Part shown: positions 47,101 through 58,547 of the stretch, one piece after another
Numbering within the stretch: position 1 is the stretch's first letter
How the letters are laid out: the number at the start of each line of letters is the position of its first letter
Source of the DNA: Phoronis australis
Lineage: Eukaryota > Animalia > Phoronida
Length of the DNA: 64,000 nucleotides
Assembly: GCA_002633005.1 (NCBI GenBank)
Contig: NMRA01000270.1
Span: 456,345 to 520,344 of the forward strand
Reading direction: 5' to 3'
Notes under the pieces: generated by a model
Told to the model about the DNA's origin: nothing
The model's database searches: none
What the model saw: only the letters and a program-made list of their open reading frames with translations
Position numbers and translations under genes: made by a program

Positions 47101-50096
47101 TCTATTAACTGGGGGAGTAGAGTTTATTTCATTTCCAAAACCTACAAAAGTCAAGGAATATTAAGGAAAAGTGCTTCTGATGGATTTAAGCATGCTGGAG
47201 GCTACATGACCAGTGTTGAACGTGAATACTGTTGCTAGGAAACTACCACTAGTATGCTTGCACAACGTAAATAAGCTCTTTACCAAAGATGAGAAATCTT
47301 GATCAAAATGTCGCCGATCTATCTATTGTACGTAGAATAGCATGGGAATGTAGGCAACACTCCAGGCATACACCCTGCCCAGTGACTAGGTAATGACACT
47401 ACTTGCACCATTCGTTATTTGGGAATTTCACCTTTCACCTTTCTGTTGAAACTATTCAAAATTAAAAACCGGACGATCTCCGCAAAAATAAAAAAGTTCA
47501 TGTTCAATTCAACGTTTCGTCTTTTCATTATTGAATTGAACATGAACTTTTTTATTTGTGAGGCGATTGTCCGGTTTTTGATCTTATTGTGGCCAAACAC
47601 TGATTTAGTTAACTATTCAAAAAGCTCAAAGAGTCAAAACCACTTTGGGAAAAGTTCAAGTTAAAAGAATTATTAAAGAGTTTTCTATAGAAAACAACAA
47701 TTTTTATTATAAATTAGTTTTGAGTGCACGTGGTGCAACTTTTCACAAAAATCTTACACTTTTGTCCCCAACCTTTGTCCCGTGACTAAAGTAAGTTCTT
47801 ACCTCTCTGGCTTCGAAACACCAAATTTTTACTCAAAACGGCTTTGACACAGAAATATAAAAGTTTAACAGAATTGACAAAATTCGCTGGTGTGCCTGTC
47901 GTCGTCCTTGAATTTGCAACGACGGCATACAGAGCAGAACATACATCCAAAATCACCTGGCATTTCCCTCAGACCCACTTGATTACGAGCACCCATTGAC
48001 TGTTTGTCTAAGGCTGTGTCACGTGATTGAGTGGGTAGAAGGATAGTCAAATTAGCGACTTCCTATGGTGAATAAAGACATGCTCCCTCATCAGTAAGGC
48101 AGAACAGACATCATTGGTTCGATGCCGTCATTGTTTCTCAGAGTCTCCTTGGCAGGGCCTCTACATGACCAGCAGACACTCACCTTAAACTGATTCTGAA
48201 TCTCTTTACACTTGCGCCTGGACAGGACCTGGATGTGGCTGGACACCTGCTTGCGCGAGCGAGTTTTGCCCGTGCGCAGCTGAATGTAGCGCGCAATCAG
48301 CTCGTTACGACCTGAAACAGTTACAACAGCGAGGTTTACAACACGCAAACTAACCTTGAACTGATTTTGTATATCTTTGCATTTCCGTCTGGACAGCACC
48401 TGCATGTGACTGGAGACCTGTTTGCGTGTCCTCGTTTTACCCGTCCGTAGTTTGATGTAGCGTGCTATAAGCTCATTGCGTCCTGTAATTATGCAAAATG
48501 ACAGTATGGACAAAGTGTTGCGGGCCACAGCCACACAACAAGTGACCTGAAAAACAGCCATAAGTAAATCAAACGCTCGCTAAAAGCACACCAAGCTCTG
48601 CAAAAGTGCACCATTAAACAAACGCGGGTGGGATTGCCCGGGATGACATTAAACAAATATGCATCGATCCCGAGCGTGGTATCAGTCATACGCAGCGAGG
48701 GGGAGGACCATATGACCAGCTATGCCCGAGGGAACCATTTACGTCAGTTTTATTACAAAGACCCTGATGCTCCTTCCCGTACATTTCTGTGTCTATTGAT
48801 AGATCAAGATATGCAGCCATTGTCTGCTAGCTTTATTATCATGGACAGGGCTTTATGGTGTCTGAAGCCTGTAATTGGTCAGATCACGAATAGCGATATC
48901 TGATGGGAGGCATGAATGAAAAGTGATATTCCACAGCCAGCCATACAACATCTTTTAATGAAAGTTACAGTAATACACATCAGCCAATCAGAATACAGAA
49001 AAAATAGTGGACATGTAATATTAGATGCAGTAATTTCTAGTGGTTGAGGGAATCTGACAAAAAAATATTCCAGAAAAAGGACATTCCCAAACATTTTTGT
49101 GAGCCCCACCAAAAATAAATGATCTTAATTCAGTGGTGACACCACAGATAACTTCTGTAAGTGTAATCTGAACTTCTTGTGTTTGAGTGGTGTGATTTAT
49201 CTTTCATATTAATGACTTCCTAATCTAAGTCTTTTTATTCAATGCTCTTAGGCAGGCTTTCAATCTTTCAATTTTCTATGAAGGTTGCTTTTCCATACTC
49301 GCAACACTGAAAGATCATGTTACATTGGAACGATGTTTTCAATTCTGAAGTGTTATTTGCAGTCATATTGTTTACATGTTGTCAAATTATCTGTGATATC
49401 AACAATCCAACAATGCATCTGGAAAACGACAGCAGCGCTGTAGATGAAAAACCCAGAACTGCCAAGTCAAAGGTCCAACAATAATGTTCCAAACAGTCTC
49501 ATAACTGCAAACACTTGCCAAGTTTTGGCATTCAAACTAAGAGTCAAGATATCTTTTAACTCATCAAATGTGTATTAGTTAATTTTGTTTGTTTTTTTTC
49601 ACCTTCATGAGGTACCTCAACTTTGACTAGTCACTACTGAGTTTGACAAGGTGTTGCACACTTTCTCAGGATATCAGCATACATCTCCACGTAGACCATG
49701 TGACTGATTTCACTCCCGCACACTAGCTTCTAGTGAATGTGACTTTTCTCAACCAACAAGGATTTGTAATGACCACGACGAATATACCGCAAGAGGTAGG
49801 CAATGTAGCAGTCCAGCACTACAGGTTGCAGAAGCGCCCCCAGTTGCCAATTCACTGAACTGAGCACAGAGGTGCCCTCTGTTGATTGACTCACCGTACA
49901 TCTTGCCCTCATCAGATAAGATGATCTTCCTGCGACCACACGGTGGGTATATGGCCAACGCCTCCTGGAAGCTCTGTTCAATGTCGGGACTCCAGACCCC
50001 CTCTGCATCATTACCCAGCTCATCACCATTGTCTGTTGACTTATCCTCCTGTTCAGGGTTCCAAGGGGCTGACATGATGCTTGCTTCGATAGCCAA
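37987..50096 (-). CDS. TEAD: TEAD/TEF-1/scalloped transcription factor (TEA DNA-binding domain + YAP/Yorkie-binding domain); exons 49895-50096 (ATG at 50075), [48355-48482 or 48184-48311], 44221-44394, 43836-43864, 42943-43102, 42425-42487, 42154-42261, 41407-41465, 39714-39795, 38940-39092, 37987-38100; 416 aa from ATG, 423 aa from TTG
   Basis: [39 protein letters not shown]|[26 protein letters not shown]; [22 protein letters not shown]; [10 protein letters not shown]; [16 protein letters not shown]; FFLVKFWADLN; [16 protein letters not shown]; [35 protein letters not shown]; [14 protein letters not shown]; all introns GT-AG and in phase. Confidence 0.97.
38940..39092 (-). CDS. TEAD: TEAD exon ([24 protein letters not shown]...FTILQ), includes the conserved palmitoylated Cys of SPMC
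   Basis: 153 nt, gttctag acceptor and CAG|GTAAAT donor. Confidence 0.94.
39714..39795 (-). CDS. TEAD: TEAD exon ([27 protein letters not shown])
   Basis: 82 nt, atttcag acceptor and GAG|GTACTG donor. Confidence 0.94.
39897..41284. mobile_element. Non-autonomous Tc1/mariner-pogo-like element (about 1.4 kb) in a TEAD intron
   Basis: TIR CCGTACTCGTC.G.GTTAC.ACCCA...TGGGTGGTAACGCCGACGAGTACGG|TA; internal repeat CCCAT.CTCGG.TTAC.GCCCACCCC x3; no transposase recognised. Confidence 0.7.
41407..41465 (-). CDS. TEAD: TEAD exon ([19 protein letters not shown])
   Basis: 59 nt, ttttcag acceptor and CT|GTAAGT donor. Confidence 0.93.
42154..42261 (-). CDS. TEAD: TEAD exon ([36 protein letters not shown])
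   Basis: 108 nt, ccttcag acceptor and TGG|GTGAGT donor. Confidence 0.94.
42425..42487 (-). CDS. TEAD: TEAD exon ([21 protein letters not shown])
   Basis: 63 nt, ttttcag acceptor and GAG|GTACGT donor. Confidence 0.93.
42943..43102 (-). CDS. TEAD: TEAD exon (VKPPYP...[30 protein letters not shown])
   Basis: ttgcag acceptor and TCG|GTTAGT donor; start of the YAP-binding domain. Confidence 0.93.
43836..43864 (-). CDS. TEAD: TEAD 29-nt exon (FWPHAIPQG)
   Basis: tttttttag acceptor and GA|GTAAGT donor; supplies the required phase 0 to phase 2 change; FWP motif as in vertebrate TEADs. Confidence 0.85.
44221..44394 (-). CDS. TEAD: TEAD exon ([22 protein letters not shown]...GAPP)
   Basis: 174 nt, taccag acceptor and CCG|GTACGT donor. 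Confidence 0.92.
47460..47585. repeat. Long inverted repeat (palindromic MITE core)
   Basis: AAAAACCGGACGATC...AAATAAAAAAGTTCATGTTCAATTCAA pairs with TTGAATTGAACATGAACTTTTTTATTT...GATTGTCCGGTTTTT. Confidence 0.8.
48184..48311 (-). CDS. TEAD: TEAD TEA-domain exon variant 2 ([42 protein letters not shown])
   Basis: 128 nt, tgtttcag acceptor and AAG|GTGAGT donor. Confidence 0.9.
48355..48482 (-). CDS. TEAD: TEAD TEA-domain exon variant 1 ([42 protein letters not shown])
   Basis: 128 nt, attacag acceptor and AAG|GTTAGT donor. Confidence 0.9.
49895..50096 (-). CDS. TEAD: TEAD first coding exon (N-terminus + TEA helix 1); exon acceptor at 50125
   Basis: ttgcacag acceptor; in-frame TTG at 50096 and ATG at 50075; donor TACG|GTGAGT phase 1. 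Confidence 0.93.
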
Positions 50097-52128
50097 GCCA
50101 AAGAGTGTGTGTCAAGGGAGCAAACCTGTGCAAGAAATAGAACTGTTAAATGTGGATAGTAAAAATTCGTTTAAAAACAGACCGTATTGTACTCCGATTC
50201 TCCGCAATAAGCCAAGATTTTGTTTTGACGATAATGGTGAAAATTATGAATCTAAATCAATGTATTTGACAAGGAGAGAATGGCTCACTTTCTAAGAGTT
50301 TGAAAAACAGTTCGAAGAGCTTTGAAACTCACATGATAAATTTGTTAAGCTCATGACGAAGACATTTGGCATCACTTCCATGAAGAGAGAATTCATTGAT
50401 TTCCACTGTGTTGAGTATGAATTTTCTGATGTGGAGAACAGTTTATGAAAGCCACACGCATATTTTAAGCAAATTATAAGCTTAGATAGGCTAGCAGCAG
50501 TGCAGCACACAAACTGTAATGGTTTCCCCAGAAAAATACTGAATAGTGACTAGTCCACAACAGCTAATTGACATGCATATTAAGCCTGTTACATTTGATA
50601 GTTACGTCCTATTTAACCATTTTGACACTTTTGCTAATCTTCAAAACAAAAGTTTAATTAAGTAAATTGAACTAAATGTCAACTTCACACTTATTAAAAA
50701 TGGTTGATAAAGAATACTTTCCCAGAGTATAAGTACCATTACAAAACATAAGATCTCCCAACTGAGACACCAGGAACTATTTCTGCTCTGATCACTTAGG
50801 TATAGGTTTGCAAAAGAGATAAAGATAAATAGCATCATATTACAGTAAGTATAGATCAAACAACACATTAACAAACAAGCATTACATAATAGCTCAGTAA
50901 AACCTCGAGCACATTTTGTGGTGCAGTTCAGTTAAGGGCTTTTCCCCCACCCCAATCCAGTACTAGCAAAATTGTTGAGGTTAACTGCCAAGGTAATTTG
51001 ATCATTCACATTGGCACCAGCAGTTAACAGATATTGAAGTTATCACTAGGTGGCGCTATCGTCATCAAAGTTATCACAAGGTGGCGTAGTATGATCTTCA
51101 ACACTGCCCCTGCCGATAACTTTGATGGATACCAAAGTTGAGCATTTCCACTCTAGCGATGCGTCGATGCTTCCCAACTAAATCCACCAGTTTTCACCAA
51201 ACAAAATTTGAGTGAACTTCGATCTAAAAGGCCTTTCCCACTGCCTGTGTTGCCGAAGCTTCGGTCAATGGGTACACTAACGGCTTTCTTGAATCAAAGT
51301 TAGCAAACAGCGCAAGTTAACTCCGAAGTAAAAAGGTGGATTTGACAACAAAACGTGAGAAAACTCAACTTCGATTACATCGGAGTTATCAGAAGGGGTC
51401 GCTGCCTGCGTTTGACAACAGCGGGCGGTGACCTTCAGACTACTGCTGATGGTGCAGGTAGAAATAACCCCAAAGGACTAAGACTGAGTGGTAGACATTT
51501 ATTAGTACTATAAAATTTAGCTCTTCTGTGAATTACACAACTACAAGGCCTTTCATACTTAACCTCAACACAAGGATCTTTGTGAGTGTGATTCAGTTCC
51601 GGATCAAGGTTAAGAACGCAAATTAACTTTGCAATAGGTGGATTTAACAGTGGAGAGTGGATTCTTTGATGCAGTAAGGTTAACTTAAGGGACTACCAGC
51701 AGGTGTCACTGTCAATATCAGCAAGGGTTGTGGAATCATATGTTTTTTGTTTCAAATATTCATCATTCTGCTAACATTTCATTTCACTTATAAAGTATAC
51801 AATAACAAATCTAAAATAATAATAACGCCTGAACAACATTGTCATTTTGCAATCACTTCACTGACCCAGGCATTTAACTGCAATAACTTCAGTGTTGGTT
51901 AACTACCCTCACAGTTAATATGAACGGTCCTCTAGCACGAGACCACAAGTTGGTACGAAAGGACTGAACAAAAGTTGGGCAAGACACACAGAAGTTTGAA
52001 CAAGTACGAAACTAAGATGTGTTCAATAAACAACGCCATATCTAACTGTCACAGGTCTAGTTTATTGTAAAATGTAACATGATACAATTCCAATAGCTCC
52101 CAGGGCTTGGAATGACCAATGACAAAAA

Positions 52129-52717
52129 NNNNNNNNNNNNNNNNNNNNNNNNNNNNNNNNNNNNNNNNNNNNNNNNNNNNNNNNNNNNNNNNNNNNNNNN
52201 NNNNNNNNNNNNNNNNNNNNNNNNNNNNNNNNNNNNNNNNNNNNNNNNNNNNNNNNNNNNNNNNNNNNNNNNNNNNNNNNNNNNNNNNNNNNNNNNNNNN
52301 NNNNNNNNNNNNNNNNNNNNNNNNNNNNNNNNNNNNNNNNNNNNNNNNNNNNNNNNNNNNNNNNNNNNNNNNNNNNNNNNNNNNNNNNNNNNNNNNNNNN
52401 NNNNNNNNNNNNNNNNNNNNNNNNNNNNNNNNNNNNNNNNNNNNNNNNNNNNNNNNNNNNNNNNNNNNNNNNNNNNNNNNNNNNNNNNNNNNNNNNNNNN
52501 NNNNNNNNNNNNNNNNNNNNNNNNNNNNNNNNNNNNNNNNNNNNNNNNNNNNNNNNNNNNNNNNNNNNNNNNNNNNNNNNNNNNNNNNNNNNNNNNNNNN
52601 NNNNNNNNNNNNNNNNNNNNNNNNNNNNNNNNNNNNNNNNNNNNNNNNNNNNNNNNNNNNNNNNNNNNNNNNNNNNNNNNNNNNNNNNNNNNNNNNNNNN
52701 NNNNNNNNNNNNNNNNN
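52129..52717. other. Assembly gap (589 N), beginning just inside a CAGGGCTTGGAAT element end at 52101
   Basis: N run; the 28 bp before it match 9779-9806. Confidence 0.98.
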
Positions 52718-53331
52718 AAGAAAACTAAAACAAGAACCATATGTTCTGATAAAAAAATTTTAATTTTAGGTCACTTCTGTTTTTGAAGAGAACCCAGAAA
52801 TAATTCAATTTTAATACTGATACAGGTCGGAATTGAATATCAGTAGGAAACTATGACTTTCACAACCAATGGGAAGCAGGGTTGTGAAACACTAAACTGA
52901 ATGTGAGACACTCCAAACAAAAACAGATTAGCTCAGATATTTTGATCAAACAATTCTGCAGATTTAACAATACCCCTAGTGTGAAGGAGTGACATTGTGT
53001 TGCACAGCTTGCATTATGAAGATTGATATCAATACAGCAGGGTTATACCCAATTCTATATTAATGCCATGTTGTGAACCAGTATGCCCTGCCAGGGATGG
53101 GTCCACATAAAACTTCACTGATGCCAGGTGGAAACAGTCTTGTCTATTGCTAACAGGCACAGAATGGAAAGGGATGGAAACTTACCATATGCTCCGATAA
53201 TAAATAATATTGTAGTTTGGTAAACCAAGTTTTCTGTATTGTGATGGTAAAATTATGGAGTGCATACACATACCAACCTCATGCCAAGAACACATATTGA
53301 GAAAACTTTAATGAACTTGTACCAATGTACT

Positions 53332-53590
53332 TACAGTCTGTCTGAAATAATATCGTAAAAATTCTTGTTTAGGACACTAAAAATCTGCTCAAATAAATGT
53401 TGGCAGCTGTTCTTGACAACACACTTCAGGCTTTGACGATACAAAATGCAGCGTCCAATATTTGCGAAATACGATAACGCTAAAATTGCCCGTGTCCCAA
53501 TCTTCTTCATGATCAAGAAAATTTAATTTTGGTTTGAATTTCAGTGCGCCAAATTTTAGAGACTGGCCCAAACTGGGAGGGGTTACTGTA
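53332..53590. mobile_element. TA-flanked MITE family; related copies at about 56505-56635, 59830-60050 and 61442-61705
   Basis: Shared core GTCCCAATCTTC...AAGAAAATT.AATTT...TTGAATTTCAGTG..CCAAA.TTT.GAGACTG.CCCAAA; TACAGT...ACTGTA ends. Confidence 0.55.
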
Positions 53591-56500
53591 GGTATAATGT
53601 AGACAACTTAATGCTTAACAGAATCATCTGTACTATCCAAGACTTTAGTCTTGAGCGGTTACAATCAGTTTTTCCCAAGCACACAGTCACCTCTAAGTGG
53701 AGACCAGCTATATGGCGTCAGCAGGCAAGTGGTTGAAATCAAAAGTTTGGATTTTTGACAGAAGGCGTGTGCATGGGGATTTTAACCAGTGTGTTTCAGC
53801 TGACAGCAGGCTGTAACAAAGATCTCTTGTACTTTTGGATCTGGGACAGGGCTCTTAGGTCCAGTGGACTTACGACAACAACTAAGTTCACAGACATAGA
53901 TGTCAACAGTTGGCAACAACTCAACACTCCCCAGTGCAGGGCTGTCGATTAGCGATTACCTACCTAAGACAATCGATTGACTGATTGGTGAATGTTGTGA
54001 TTTCCAATCAAGCGTCAAATTTGTTGCCACTCCATACAATGGAGCAGTGTAGGCGCACAAAGTTGGTTTAATGACTACACTCAACAACAATGCCTCCATA
54101 TTGAAAACTAATAACAAGTGTTGTGTCATTAAATACAGGTGGCCATTTGAGACAATGAAAACAGTTAAACATCAGCAAGCCAAGACCAGCATATTACTGT
54201 CTACACCTGCTAACAACTTGGACCAGCTAAAAGCAACCTGTGTTCCATCCAAGGAGCCAACTTTTGACTTGGATCACTTCCATAAAATTGGTGGTGAGCC
54301 AGGCTTTATAAAAAAAACTGGCAGTTTGTTATTCCTTGTCACTAAACTCAGTCCATAAAATGATACACCGTGACAAACCAGCTGGTGGAATACATTCTCA
54401 AGCAATAACTGAACTGTCAGTTCTTTTGAACCCCTAAAATCATCTTTTATTTAGGTTATTAGTGAGACACTAGAAAAATGTATAATTAGGTAATTTCAAA
54501 ACTGTAAACACTATATCTCAAAAATGGCTGATACAACTGATAGGATTTGCATAAAATTTTCAGATATTACAATATTGCTTTATGCGCTGTTCTCTAAAAT
54601 ACGGTTAGTATTTAGGAATTTCTTCGAATGTTCCACATTTCCATGAAAGGATATCAAAAAATAGAATTTTCATGGATTTCAAGACAAATATCAAAAATTG
54701 CATGAAATGAAAAGATAATTCAGAAAAGTGTAACAGACTTTTTGAGATTTCATCATGAACATTTATATCAAGTGAAATTTGATCATGTTATTGATAAAAC
54801 TGTTTTGTTGTCGATACACCTCTTTTGTTATCTCTTCTTTAGATATGGTCACGTGATTCTGTTCAAGGCAGATTCGTAAAATGTCAAAAATCAAATTCTC
54901 CAGGCTTTCTACAATCAGAAAGCGTGTATATATGATTTACTGAATAGAAATCTATAGATTTGTATTCATTTGGCTAAATACAGACTAGTCGACAAGGTCC
55001 GACATAACGAATTTGTGAACCATTTCATAGCAATAAGCGGTATACATAAAAAGTGTTATTTGTGAAGGAAGGAAAGTTCATACCCACTTCAACAGCTTCT
55101 CATTAAGATAAAAATGATTTTAAAACAATATGCCCATTTCAAATGAAAAACTACAGTTGGACATGTTTTCTGGGGATTTGCCGCCAGATTTTAGGAGGCA
55201 ACAATGCCAGATGCACCAATTATATCTTAACATACTCCAGTATGGTTTTGCTCCAGAAGTGACCAGATTGTGTTGGAAATTTCCAGTCAATGGCCCAGCT
55301 AGAGCGTTTCTGAATGTCTGACTGTGTTTCGGTAACGCTCAAGGAAAGGAATCTAAGTGCGTCAAAGCTGAGTAAATTTTAAAACATCCTGATGAGTTAT
55401 ACCGGCAATTACTTTTCATGACTAAATGACTCACCTTATGGTGATGACGTGAGAAATAATTACATGGAGTGAGAACCTGTGTTTCAACAGGACCAAGAGA
55501 AAACCATGTCATCTTTTCCATATGACATTTCAAAACACCACAATAACCAATCAGCTAAAAAGCAATTAGTCTTTACCATCAAAATGAAATGTTTACTCTG
55601 ATTTCGATTTTGCATCATTTAATTACTGCTAAAGTGTATAGGTTGCAAGATCTGTACAGCTTGCTATTGACCATCCTGAATGAACAAGCCACATACAGAA
55701 AGGAGATAAGTTGACATTAAAAGGTCATTTTGTAGGAAGAGATACATCTTTGGAGTAACCTTGGTATGAGACCAGCTATCAGTCAGACTACTGTATGATA
55801 AATCACCACCAACAGGTAACATGGCCATGCGGTCATGCCGTAACCAGGCATAACTGGCAACACAGCAACGCTATGTTAGAGTAACTGCTAAACAGCATCC
55901 CTTTAATAAAAAGAATTTGTCTTCTTTAAATTCCACTGGAATCGTCCGTATTTTGTCTGAACGATACACGTTTCCTTTTTCATATTGTACCATTTTGGGT
56001 GGTTGGAACCGTTAGTTGAACTTAAAGTGACCATAGGTGGCACTGGATGTCAGATTACCTAGGAACAATTTACACAAAACTGGCAAAATGACAAACACAG
56101 AAACTAGATCATGTTCAACACTTGAGCTACCACTAAATACTTAGTAAAAAAACTCAGCTAGAGTTTCAAGATGCTGATGTGGACAGACTTTTAACTTATA
56201 ACACAATGGAGTACAAAATATGGTATAAGGGTAGAGTACTAATATACTAACGATGGGGGTATTCGGTAATTAGAAGCATGTGTGACTATTGTTATTGGTA
56301 GGCTGAAGTTAAACATATTGTTCTTCAGAAATTAATACAGGCACCAGCATGCAGTGAATTAGATACGTAGAAATGAGAACTATTATAAGACAAGATCATA
56401 AGTACACATTACCATGATGTGGCATTGCAACTTTCATTTTTCATTTTTAGACCTTTCTTTCAAATTTTGAATATTTCATATCGTCAACACGTCTGCTGCT

Positions 56501-58509
56501 GGTTACTACTGTAAAGGTTCTCCAATTTGGGACATCTTCCAGGAAATGGGACACGGAAAACTCCCACAAAAATTGGAAGTATTCATTCCGTAATTTGGGA
56601 CAAAGGCAATTTTGGCATTCACCATGTTTCTTCAAATTTAAAATAGCATTTCAATCTACAGAATGGGTAAATTTGCTATCTTTCCAGTCATTTTTGAAAT
56701 TGAGACAGCTAATTTCGACTGTTTTTAGAATTTAAGACAAGCTCCGACCTTGAAGAAAATAACTAATTTTCCACTTGGAGAATTTTCACCCTAATGTGAT
56801 TCTTTTGCTAGTTAGCTCACAATGTGAGGTGAAAGGTGGAATGTTTCTGAATAATTCTTGGCAATTATTTTGAGAAAGGAAAACAAATGAAGAGTTAATG
56901 GTAAAGACAGACTATAGGAACCCTACTGCTTGCCAGTCCAACTGTGGGGAGGAACTCTTAACTGCAAGTTAGAGTAGCTGGCAAGTCGCTAGTATTTTTT
57001 TTTAAGTTTGACAACTACAGAGATATAAGCCCAAATCTGGCATTTAAATGTTTTTAAACTTTCATTACTTGTTTTTGAAGTGTCATTCATCAGTTGCAGA
57101 CAAGTTTATGCAAGGCTGGTGCTCATAAATACACATACATTTCTAAGCTGTAACTGATGAGTCATTGTATATATTACTTGCATTCACCATGGTCCCTGGT
57201 GGAAGTCCGATCAGTTCCATGGCAGTCTGAAATCACTGAGCAACAGGTGTAGACAGATCAAAAGAGGCTGCAACCCAGCAGCTGACACAGGCAGACAGGT
57301 TGAAGACATTATAATGACCAGGGCCATGGTTGTGACCCACAGCTCAGTTGCATTGTTAGGCAAACATGTTGACATAATCAGTCATGACAGGCAAATTGTT
57401 CAAACTGCTGCCACATCAGCTTGAGTTGATCAAAACACTGGTCACAGCAGAGGGCTGAGAACAATGCCATGGATGATGGCCATAGATAATTATAGCTTAT
57501 TGTTATAACTTTATTTTGGATGCTGAGGTTGAGAGATAGTGATAAGGCACAGCAGACAAGGATGTATCCTCTATATAACCTCGATGGACCCAATCTTCTG
57601 TTTTTGTTTTCTTTGATTTTGTTTTCCTGTATAGACAGGGAAAGCCATTTTATTAAAATTTGCTCAATTGTCTCTTTCTGTACATTTCCCTAAGTGTATA
57701 TTTCTCAAAGTTGCATAGTTAAAAAAAACATTAAATCCCATGTTATGTATTAGAGATCAGTTCCTTGTCTGTGTTTCATCAACAAACTTTAATGTTCCTT
57801 CAAACAGTTTCAATTGGTCAAATCAAGCACATATCATCCACTTCACAAAACAGCAACATGAAAGTCTTGTAGGAACATACCACCAGAACTAGGGAAAGGT
57901 CAAAGGTCAGTGCATAGGGTGGAGGGATAGGATTACACAAAATAGATGATTCACAGCAGCCATAACTCATCCTGGCCCACTAGTGCCTGTCAAGTATTTA
58001 CCCAGCTGGCAGGCACACGCCTGCACAACTGCAAAACAGAGTCTATTGGCAAAAAGCACAACTGCCCTTGGTACACCAGCCATGTCTAGCAAGCTGGTCG
58101 TCCAATGCTCAGAGCCCAATGCAAGACCCAGAAACTGAACAACCAAGTATAAATCTGGACACCTCTTGCAAAATCGGTGCCATAATTCAATTGAAAGCTA
58201 CAATATTTAAATATGTTGCCATAGTGAATTCTAACCATTCTAAATACATCAGCTTCCAAAACCCAATTTCCATTTGTAATCTAGTGGAATACCCTTATGG
58301 ACGGTTTTGGAGCGCTGAGGCAACTAGCCCATTTAGACCCAGAAATGGAACAACTCTTTTTAGCATCAATGGTGTTTTATTACCAGTCACTGTGCCAGTA
58401 TATAATTGGTCCAATTACTTGACTAATCTATCTCTGTGAGGGATGTCTGCTGAACTGGGTGTGGACTAGGCAAATTACTGGGGGGTCGCAAAACTGAACC
58501 AAATGTTGT

Positions 58510-58547
58510 GGAGATTCTAGCTGGAGATTCTAGCTGGAGATTCTAGT
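58510..58547. repeat. 13-bp tandem repeat x3
   Basis: Unit ggagattctagct. Confidence 0.85.

Noticed and set aside
52057-52786. Three long ORFs in the ORF track
   Set aside because: Artefacts of translating the N gap
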